The translations under genes and the position numbers were made by a program. Below the pieces are notes generated by a model. It searched no databases. It was not told the origin of the DNA and saw only the letters and a program-made list of their open reading frames with translations. Positions 51,103-61,334 of a DNA stretch of 64,000 nt are shown in pieces (positions within the stretch are counted from its first letter, which is position 1; the number at the start of each line of letters is the position of its first letter). The stretch is from Trichosphaerium sp. ATCC 40318 (taxonomy: Eukaryota; Protista; Tubulinea): NCBI GenBank assembly GCA_038496445.1, contig JALMLS010000480.1, forward strand, positions 186,001-250,000. The letters run 5' to 3'.

Positions 51103-51773
51103 GTTGTTGGTTTGTTTGTTCTAGTGGTGTTGTTGTTGATTGTGTAGGTTGTTGATGTTTATGACTGTAAGGATGACCTTGCCTTTTCACGTGATTTTCT
51201 TGAGACACTTATTGCGTCATACACGAAAAGTTCACGACGCCTATTGCCAATAAATCGATCAAAGAGTTATAGCTACAGCGTGTGGTGTGACCGAAAGTCT
51301 CCGAAGATTTCCTGAACCTCCAATAACCAATCAAAAACTACAATAGTTACAAAACCTTCCATATTGCTTCAAGGATAATTCTAAGACCACTGGTATTATA
51401 AAAACGTTGGCTATGACGCAATAAGGTGTTACGCATGAATCACTCATATTCTCAAAATATTAATAACTCCTCTTTCCCGTACTTTGAGCAGTCGCCAATG
51501 ATCCAATCATAAGCGGTATATCAAAGTACACCTTAAATACGGTAATTCAACGAATTCATGAACACAAACACGTTTTTACTCGCTTTCAAACACGTAGATC
51601 AAGCCATTGGCGAGTGTCTCACAACAGAGTATTTCCTAACAAACCAAGTAGGTCTCTTCAAGAGAGTGGTTGGGCTGAAGCAGACTTGAAAACATTCTAA
51701 CTTTATACATCGAAAACCAGAGAAAAAAAGCATGATTGTCTCTATTTATTGTTGATCTCGTGTGACTGTGCTT

Positions 51774-52655
51774 TTACGTAACAACCAACTCAATGTTATT
51801 TATGATATTTTGTCATTTGTATGAGATAAACACAAGGTACTTTCCAGGTACAGTTGCTGTGTACTCAGCTAGATACCTTCCTGTCTGACCAGAGTGTGAT
51901 ACACGAGCAAAGAAGTTATCATTACCTTCCATACGAACACGTACATCCTTGACTTCGATATCTTTTAACAGAAAACAAGTAAGTAAGCAGGTTGTATATA
52001 AACCCAATATTATTTGGTGACTTCATTGAAGAAGACTTTTCTGTTTATTTACAAATTGTTTAGGCATTCGAAATGGGTGGTGGAAACAGAGGAGGCGGTG
52101 GAGCTCCTACTGTAACTAATTTTAAGGTTGAAGATATGGGTCTCACTTACGCTAAAACAACTCAAACAACCAACTTTTTGATGCTCGTGAATGATGGCAA
52201 CGAAAATCCTAAGGTAATTTTATTTGTACATAAATATTCAACCTTTGATGGCGACTGGTTTGTAAAAAATAATCACGTGTGATTTTCTTGGTTCTTGAAA
52301 ACGTTCTGTAGAAGACGTACCTTTAATTTTTGAGAAAATAGAGGTTGGTTGTTGTAGTTTATGGATACGGTGTAGTTTCCAGGAGCTTGGAAAATGAACT
52401 CTATATTAGCTGCGCCATTAGTTCCATTCTTCACTTCAGCATGAACCTCAGCTAGAAAACGGACCGTGAGCTTGAAAAGAAGAAAACAATGCCAGAAACG
52501 CAACGTGTACTTGGTCCGTATGCGACTCCCTGAACGTTGTGCAAGTCTATTTGAAGGTGATTTCCAGATGCTTCTTTTGCGCCAAATTTAAATACGGCAG
52601 CACAACCAAGCTGGCTCGTTTGTGGGCCCATGAAATTAAAAGAATATGAGAAAGC
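51774..52655 (-). pseudogene. Two-filamin-repeat gene with its third visible exon (52064-52213) inverted
   Basis: Minus-strand exons give FKFGAKEASGN...FQAPGNYTVSINYNNQPL and DIEVKDVRV...EYTATVPGKYLVFISY; the missing first half of repeat 2 is a splice-flanked exon on the plus strand; in-frame TGA at 51813-51815. Confidence 0.75.
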
Positions 52656-53346
52656 CTAAACAAGACAGATCAGGCAGAAACTGGATTTTTTTGCTAAAAG
52701 TCAGTCTGTCTCAAAACTTGAATGAAACAGACAATATGATGTGACTTTGGATTACTTGGTAATGAAGAAGGCATTTTTTCTTTGCGTCTTTTCTGAAAGA
52801 TGCAATTGGTGAGCTCCTACATCACACATGATGCATTGGAACCTTTTCTAGGTGATGGTGCTTACACAATAAAGGGTTGTGACACGAGAAGTTTGTTATT
52901 CCTTGTTGGAAGCCAAGCAAAGGTAAGTTGAAGAAAAACAAATTATACGTAATGCATTTTTACAACTGATATTATTTTTGAATTGAGGACAATTAGTTGT
53001 TTTAGAATGTCTCAGTGTCCACCAAAACCGACACAAAACGACTAAAAGTGCCTACTGATATTGCTTCACGTGCAAAAGCATGTGTGGGATCAGTTGTGGA
53101 GTAGAATATCTTGTAATAGTTCACGCCAACCAACATCAAGTCAAAACAAATGAACTTACCTTAAAGCAATGAAAGTAACTGGCTGTACTAAGAGGTGCCA
53201 TTAATAAATAGAGGTGGACACTTTATACTCTAAAATGAGTATTTTGGACACAGTACAATAAGCTGTACTATTCTTTTATTGATTGATGTGCCGTCTTTGT
53301 CACAATGTGCTTTAAACAAACTCTATAATGTTCAAGTGTCTGTCCA

Positions 53347-54477
53347 TCACTTCTCTATTTTAATCACTCCTGGAAGTAATTGTAATACATCACAAGTAGC
53401 ACTTGAATCTTCAATGTTGATGAATTTTACACCAACAAGTGCTGCAACACCAGCATTTGTCACCAAACAACAATTAGATAAATCAATCTTATAGACACCA
53501 GCCAATGCCTTTACACCATCGTCAGTTACTTTTGTACAGCAAAGGATAATAGAATGAACACCGGCCAATGCTGTCAATCCTTCATCTGTAACATGTGTGA
53601 ACCCAAGATCAATTGTATGAACTCCAGCTAAGGATTTAATACCATCATCTGTTATAAGCCTACATTGGCAAAGACTAATTGTATGAACGCCAGACAATGC
53701 TTTAAGCCCTTTATCCCCTACTTTTGTATTGGAAAGATGGATTGTATGAACACCAGATAAAGCTCTAACACCTTCACATGAAACGAAAGTATAGTTAAGA
53801 TTAATTGAATGAACACCACTTAGTGCCTTGATTCCGTCATTTGATACTATTGTATCAAATAGATTGATTGTATGAACTCCTGCAAGAGCTTGTACACCTT
53901 CATCACTAACATCAGTAGAACTTAAGTTGATTGTATGAACTCCTGCGAGAGCTTTGACACCTTCATCACTTATTGCACAGGAACTTAAATTGATCGAATG
54001 AACCCCAGCCAGTGTTTTAATGCCTTCATCTGTAACACATGTGTCAGATAAATTGATGTTTTTGATTCCAGAAAGTTGTTTTAGATGAACATCATTAATG
54101 AAGAGACAAGATCTAAAGTCAATACTATCAACAACTTTAAAGTCAGTAAAATCAGCTTTTATCTTCCTCTTAGTATAAACCCTCAAACCGTACACCCCTT
54201 GTAGGTACTTTAAGTGCTTTTGTTTAATGTTAAATAGAATATGAATCGTGTTTGTTGTTATAAGATGCGGTGCGCTTTTGAATAGCTTTTTGAGCTTTTC
54301 TTTGTTTTTAATCACTATCACCCTTCTGTTCACATATCCCACGTGTTGTATTGCGATTGTTTTTAATAATTTAGATGTTCGTACTACTGAATGCATAGAT
54401 TTATCAGGAATTAACTGTATAATGCAAACAATGACTTCAACAGGAATCTCAGCAAAGAATGCGCTGTTTTTGTTCAT
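53347..54477 (-). CDS. F-box + short (21-22 aa) leucine-rich repeat protein
   Basis: FAEIPVEVIVCIIQLI...VVRTSK; about 10 repeats of GVHTINLSxTxVSDEGVKALA; body uninterrupted by introns. Confidence 0.9.
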   Translation of the reverse strand: MNKNSAFFAEIPVEVIVCIIQLIPDKSMHSVVRTSKLLKTIAIQHVGYVNRRVIVIKNKEKLKKLFKSAPHLITTNTIHILFNIKQKHLKYLQGVYGLRVYTKRKIKADFTDFKVVDSIDFRSCLFINDVHLKQLSGIKNINLSDTCVTDEGIKTLAGVHSINLSSCAISDEGVKALAGVHTINLSSTDVSDEGVQALAGVHTINLFDTIVSNDGIKALSGVHSINLNYTFVSCEGVRALSGVHTIHLSNTKVGDKGLKALSGVHTISLCQCRLITDDGIKSLAGVHTIDLGFTHVTDEGLTALAGVHSIILCCTKVTDDGVKALAGVYKIDLSNCCLVTNAGVAALVGVKFINIEDSSATCDVLQLLPGVIKIEK

Positions 54478-55600
54478 TCTTGGTTTATAAATACACCACA
54501 GTAACCCAAACACTATGTGTTACTCTCTTTGCGATAAGGGAAATCCATTATTAAGCCAACATGCCAGTTAAGGGCGTTTACAAACATCGGAACTCAATCA
54601 AGAAATTGTTGCCACGAAACCGAAAAAACTTACAAAACATCTTGAAACCATTAAACACATCAAATACACGCCTTGTACAACAACTTGAACACGCAGAATT
54701 TTAACGCTATTTAATTACGTTTTTTACATCTTTCATGAGCCCTATCACTGCCTACACTCACCCAATTTATGAACTATGATTGACACTCACTATGACGTTC
54801 CAGAAAAAGATTACATGTGGATATGGCTGACCAAGCGTTGTTTCCAAGCTGCCTGCTTTTGGGAACTGCTGGAGATAGTCGAATCCTTCATTTCAAGCCA
54901 GCTGACCATCAAACGGCGAAGATATCATTAGACCTAACATAAACAAACTGGGTTGTTTTTGTTTGTACCGCACATTTATGTGAGCAATTGGTAGTTAAGC
55001 ACAAGGTCATGCTGCACGTCAAAAGAATATGTGGGTGAACTTCATACTCACAAGATTGTCCAAACAGGAAGTTTTGGTGCATTGCACTGTTTTTATGTTT
55101 ATGGTCTTTTACACAAAGAGTGGATTCGTTGTGTCTTGATATACTTAAACCATATTTACGTCAATGGTAAGAGAAGTCATCTAAGAATTAAGGATGTGAC
55201 AAATGACCTGATTATCAATAACAAAATTAACAATCCCAGTTTTTAGGTCATTACTTATAACCTAAACCTTTTTCATTTCTGATAGTTTGTATAATGGTTG
55301 CTATAATATAATTAAACCTTATACTGTTGTTAACATGAACTACATACTCACAGTGACGAACAAATCCGAGTTCAAAAAATGGACTATCACTGACTGTGGT
55401 TTTTTTGATATATCCTTCTGTACATGCTTCTGTTTTTTAGTCGAGCTAGCCACTGGTTACAGCCACTACATACAGACACCTGCAAGCTTTTTGATAAAAT
55501 ATATATTTCAAGACAAGTCAAATGGTTTCTCTGGGTCATAATCGTTAAGTGATTAAACGCTTGTACTTGTACAAATATTTCATGTCAAGTCATCGTATCC

Positions 55601-56584
55601 ATGGACGACACAAAAAGAAGCAAAAAACGTCAAAAACCTTTGAAGAACACCACCTACACCTTGCATAACACGTAAATATCTTATTGATTGCATAACGTTC
55701 TAAAATATTACTTCTAGCGCTCAAATAACATTATTGGGCATGCCTATTGAGATTCTAGCGTTTATATTAACGAATACAACAACAGCTCGATTTGCAGCTT
55801 GTCAAACATGTCGTATCCTTTCTTCTATCATTCACGACATTGTTGGGTATGACTGTATACGTATAAGAACAGGAGAACAAGTAAAAGAAGTCATAAAACA
55901 CAGAGGAATCATTAAACACACAGCAATCAGGTTTAGGACTGATGCAGCTACCGGGTTTCCGTCTGACAAGATTGTGAACAAATTTGCAGGAGTTCATGAC
56001 ATTGCCTTTCCCATACCTATGTGACAGATGAAGGTATCAAAGCTCTTGCAGGTGTTCACACAATCTACCTAAATAATACTCCAGTAACAGATGAAGGTGT
56101 CAAAGCTCTTGCAGGTGTACACGCTATTAACCTTGAACTCACCAAAGTGACTGATGAAGCAATCCAAAGCCTTGTTGGTGTACACACAATTAACATAAAT
56201 TGTTGTCATAGCATTACGGTTGAAGGAATCAAAGCACTCAAAGATGCTCACGATGTTTCTGTTTCTCATGTTAAAAACTCATGGCTAGAACATCTTAGCA
56301 AAGTTCATACGTTACACTTAGTATGTGGGGCAACAGATGATCAACTCAAAGAGTTGACTAATGTCAAACACCTTGAGCTTAGTTGTTGCTATGATGTAAC
56401 AAACTTGGGTTTGAAAACATTGGTCAACCTTGAAAAACTACATGTGTTGGGTAACAACAATATTACAAATGATTGCTTGAAGCACTTAAAATCTCTAAAA
56501 CATTTATGTGAACATAATACAAATATTACAAGGGAGGATGTTGAGTCAATGGGTATTCAATATACGAACTATGTAGATGACTGA
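55601..56584 (+). pseudogene. F-box + LRR paralogue with an apparent 1-nt frameshift
   Basis: First exon MDDTKRSKKRQK..., intron 55672-55717, LLGMPIEILAFI; the frame changes at ~56004-56012 inside the first GVHxIxLSxTxVTDEG repeat. Confidence 0.7.
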
Positions 56585-57007
56585 GAGCTTTATTTCTTCA
56601 AAAAGAATTTCTTGACCGGCTGCACCTTGTACACATATATCTGTCAAATAAACCTTTGACGACCTTGCCCACCACCGCCAATGTGCTCCCCATCTGTTGT
56701 TCTCAAACAAGCTGTTTGGGGGTCCAATTTAACCAAACACTGGCCGCATTATACCTTTTCTATCTGCTACTACATTGTCACTGGTACACTAACTGCGCAA
56801 GCACTTCATCCAAGTGAATAGGCATTGTTAGTTTGACTTCATACTGTCAAACGATTAATATCAATACTTACAATATACTTATAGTTTATTTTATTGTACA
56901 AGCCCAAGTTGAGAAGGAAGAACAAGAAAGTTGGAGAATCCATAAAAAAATTGCCAAAAAAAAATGACAGTAAGATCGCAACTCTTGTAAAAGAAAGGTT
57001 CATTTGT

Positions 57008-60000
57008 TTAGCCAAGTAATGTGTTAACAACGCCTCCTAAGTATCCAGACCAACCTGATTCGTCTTCTTTGACAATAGGATCAGGTTTAGGTGGTAAACT
57101 AGAGAGTAAGAGTCAAGGACAAGCGCAAACAGATGGAAGAAGAAAATGTTGAGAAAAAAAAAGAGCCTTGTTGCTTTCTTGAATTGGACGTACACTTGAG
57201 GAGCTGGTAATAATGTTTCTTGCTGTTGTTGAACTTCTTTTGATGCAACACGTTGTTTAAGATCTTCTACTATACTCTCAAGTTCACTAAACTCAAAGTT
57301 AAATATTTACATAAGGCAAGTTAGAAAAGGAAAAAAAAAGTGACAAGTGTAGTTAGTACCATATTGTTTGTTGCTTTTCTTGTAACAACTGTATTTTATC
57401 ATCAGTATCTAGGATACCCCGTAGAGAATCAAACTTCATCGTTATAGAACTCAAATCCTCCATCTTTTCACCAAGATCATTCTAAAATACAACATAAGAA
57501 AAAAAGAGGAAAAGAAAAAAAAGCACAGACTTTCAACAACGTTAACCGTAAAGCTTTCAAAATGAACAGAGCGAGTACAAAAAATATACTTCGAACTGAA
57601 ACAAAGAAAGAATTCAGAAAAGTAGTCATACATACCCTTAAAACCTCTTTTTCTGCCTCAAGAATCTTAACTTTTTCTTGTAGTGCAGAATTAACATTAA
57701 TACTATCAGCACACGTGTCTTTATCATCCATGAGTGTCTGCATTACTTTTGTTTGTTGATGTAACCTTGCAATTAACTGTTCCTTTTCTCTCTTTAATAT
57801 TTCAAACTGTACATGGAGCTTCTCTAACAGTAAAAGTCAACGCACAATCTTTGGATGCAAAGAAAGAAAAAAAAAGAAAAACTCAAATTCTATGGTTCGT
57901 TAAAAGTACCTTGCTGGTCTGCTTGGCCATGTATGGCCATTTTTTCTGTAAGAGAAACATTCTCACGTGTCAAATGGGTCACAGCTTGACTCTGACGCCT
58001 AATATGCTCACGGAATCGAGAAATTTGGACTAGCAAATCTTTCTTTGTTACATGCTCATCAAGATCATCTGCCATGAGCTTTGCAAGTGCCTAATCATAT
58101 AAATTATGAGTACACTCGTACAAAATTATGTTTAACAAGAGTGACAAATAAGTAGCAAGGCAGTAATTTGATATGTCAAAAAAAAAATACCTGTTCATCT
58201 GGTTCTGACTCTACTGGCTGTACTACAGGTTTGATGTGCTCATTAACTGCTCTCTCACGTTCCATTGTCTGCAATCGAGTCAAGTACTGTCTCGTTTTTT
58301 GGTTGCTAAACAAAGAGTAAGCAAACTTACACAAATATTGTTTTGTGCGTTGGAACATACGCATGTCGTAGCTCCTCTTCCAAGTGTTGTTTCTCAGCTT
58401 TTGCACGATCACGTTCTTGATTAGCTACATCAATAGCATTGGACATACGCTCCATATGATGAGCTCTAGTCTCATCTAAGGCATCATGCTTCAACTGCCA
58501 CTCTTTAGCGTCCTTAAGACTAGCAGACAACCTATCCTCAAGCTCTTGTTGCTCCACAGATTTCTCGTCTCTAGCAGCTTCAAGTTCAGCTTGTTTATCC
58601 TTAAAAAGAGTCGAATTAGTTAGGTCACAAAAAATTAAACGTCCAAAAAAAATACAAGTGTGTAAGCACGTGACAAAAAGAAAAAAACTTCAAAAAGAAG
58701 TTACAGCCGCTTCCATGCTACTTAAAGAACAAATGGACATACCTTCAAGTCATTAACTAAACCAAGTTTGTCCTCTTCAAGTTTTTGAACAACTTCATCA
58801 CGTTCTTCTAATTCTTTAACTTTATCTTCAGCATCTTTTTGTAGTTTTGTGATTGTATCATCACGTTGTTGTATGACTCTCTGGAGCTCTCTATTCTTCT
58901 CTGTCAGTTGTCTTACTTGTGTTCCAAATGTTGTAAATCTTCCAGCGACTTCCAAGCTTTGTTTAGTCAATGAAGCGTTTTTTCTTTCAAGACCTTCAAT
59001 TACTAGATTCTTTTCTCTTTGTAATAATGTCGCATTTTCTTGTTGCTTTTGTAGACTCTTTGCTTCACTTTTGATTTGTTGATGAAGTGCTTGTTTCTCT
59101 CTTTGATGTTGTTGATTAATTTTAGTAAACTAAAAAGTACATTAGAAGAATAATACCAATCTTTCTACGTCATCCTAAAAAAAGGTGGAAAAAAAAATCA
59201 AAAAAAAGAATCTTTCTTTGAGCTCTATGTCGCCACTAAATTTCAATACAATAGTACTATGACTTGGTTCATATAACCCAATAGATATTTAAGAAAGAAG
59301 TAATAGCATAGAGACAGATAAATACGTACTTTTTGAAGCACAGTATCTCGCTGTTGAATTTGATCTCTAAGATTTGTAATGGTAGTAGCCTTTGTTGCCA
59401 CTTCTTGTGTCAAGGCTTCCAGCTCAGCCTCTGAACGTTTTAAATTATCTTGAGAATCCAAAAAAAGCGTTTCAAGCTCATAAATTCTTGTTTGCTTAGC
59501 AGCAAGTTCGACTTTTGTAGCTTCAATATCTTGTTCAGGAGGCATATTATTTTGATGCTCACGCTCATTCTCATCAAGCTATGAAGGTGTCAACTCTTTT
59601 AAACATATATAGCAACATCATTAGTTATATTAGAATCCAAAAGCGATTAATTTAATAGCGCTAAAGTCCAAAAACGCAAAAACCACTTCAAGAAAAAAAA
59701 AGTTTCAAAAAAAAAAACACGAACCCTTTGACGTAAATTATCATTTTCGTTGCTCAGAGTCGTACAATCACCTTGAATCCTCCTATACTGCTTCTTTAGG
59801 CTACTTATAGCTGATGTTTGCGCTTGAAATTCAGCATCCCAGTCGTCTTGCATTGTTTTAAGTTCTTCCTTTAAATGATCATTTTCTGATTTCAAGTGTT
59901 TTTCAATTGCAGCGCTTTCATCTAGTCGTAAAGATAATTTTTTAGCCTCTCGTTTATAACGTGTCACTAAGATTTCCAGTTTCTTCATTCTAGACGCAGC

Positions 60001-60335
60001 ATTCTGAGGTGAAAAGGACTAGGAAGGCGTTACTTAAAATAATAAATAAAAAGCGTTGAAGGTTCGAGCATACATACCGGTTTTGTTGCGTCAGTGTGTT
60101 GAATAGTCTCACTTCCATCTCCAGAAGTGGTTTGCATTGAAATTGAGTTTCCATTTTGCCCAGAGATTAATTTTGGCGCTGGTGTAGTGGTGGACGCTTT
60201 CTTTCTCTGATTTGCAGCGCGTTTACGACGAAGCTACAAAAAAATTATTAAGAAATACCATCAACTAACGCGTACACGCTCTTTCGTAAGAGCAGCTAGA
60301 TCCTCGTCGCTTTTTGTGTTACTGGCGAGCGACAT
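57008..60335 (-). CDS. Long coiled-coil protein, many exons
   Basis: E/K/Q/L-rich heptad exons from MSLASNTKSDEDLAAL to ...SGWSGYLGGVVNTLLG*. Confidence 0.8.
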
Positions 60336-60542
60336 AACCTCTCAACGCCACTATTGAGCGTACACTCCAAAGATATTGCCTACGTCGTTTTTTGTATGGC
60401 TACGTAGGCAGTCAACCAATAATAAAATATGTTGGTAACCAGGGTTGACACTCCAAGCCGAAAATAACTCAGAAGTGCAAGTCAAGAAATTTAAAGCAGA
60501 GAATTTTTGTTTCCATAATTATCTCCTTGAAATAGATTAAAC

Positions 60543-61108
60543 ATGGTAGCTACTTTCTTCGCCCAAAACCCCGCTAACTTTTATAGTCCACTGGTGTAGC
60601 TGTAGCTTCTGAATGCGTAAGTGAATTCGAACTCTTTAAATTGAAGAAACAGTATCGCTACTTGATCTTTAAAATTAACGACGACAACACCGAAGTAGTC
60701 ATTGAAAAGAAGGGTGAGCCTTCAGCTACCTACGAAGAGTTCACTAGCTGTCTTCCTGACAACGAGTGCCGTTACGCCGTATACAACTTCGAATACGACC
60801 AAGGCTCTGACGGTAAACGCTTGAAGCTCCTTTTCATCTTGTGGTACGTGTTTTTTAGCGATCTACGCTTGCGGTTACTAACACGCTCAGGGCTCCTGAT
60901 ACCGCTAAAATTAAGTCTAAAATGATGATCGCTGGTACCAAGGACGTCGTCAAAAAGTCCCTCGAAGGAATACAGGTAGATCAAGCACTTTTTTCTTTTT
61001 ATGTCTCTTTCGCTCACAAACTCGCTCTAGATTGAGATCCAAGGTACTGATAAGTCCGAGGTCGATCAAGAAGAAGTCCTCGCCAAGTGCCGTTCTATTT
61101 CCAGATAA
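60543..61108 (+). CDS. ADF/cofilin (actophorin-like), 4 exons; first coding exon is ATG only
   Basis: M|STGVAV...KLKKQYRYLIFKI...LPDNECRYAVYNFEY...FILW|APDTAKIKSKMM...LEGIQ|IEIQGTD. Confidence 0.97.
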
Positions 61109-61334
61109 ATGTTATTAAAGCTTGTAAAGCTCTAGTATGTGGGACTATTGTCCCTGTGCTTATAATTGTTAATCAAATAAAGTACTCTAATTAAATAATC
61201 GTCTGCATTTGTTTATTTCGTGCTGGTATGGCGTAATTATTACGCGTAGATGCAACAGTACAAGTTTCGAAACGTAATTACTTTATTTAACAAATCTACA
61301 GTCACGCATCGCCATAGGCCGGTACGCTATTTGC

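Noticed and set aside
40542-51815. Stop-codon reassignment suggested by the in-frame TAG (40542) and TGA (51813)
   Set aside because: TAA, TAG and TGA all terminate well-supported genes here, and no conserved gene has internal stops; both cases lie in duplicated or rearranged copies.
53400-54080. Regular ~63-bp repeats as a CRISPR-like or non-coding array
   Set aside because: They are LRR coding repeats within one ORF, with no repeat-spacer structure.
19142-56584. Contiguous endogenous giant-virus insertion
   Set aside because: No viral hallmark genes (capsid, polymerase, packaging ATPase); the virus-like genes are scattered among intron-rich host genes.
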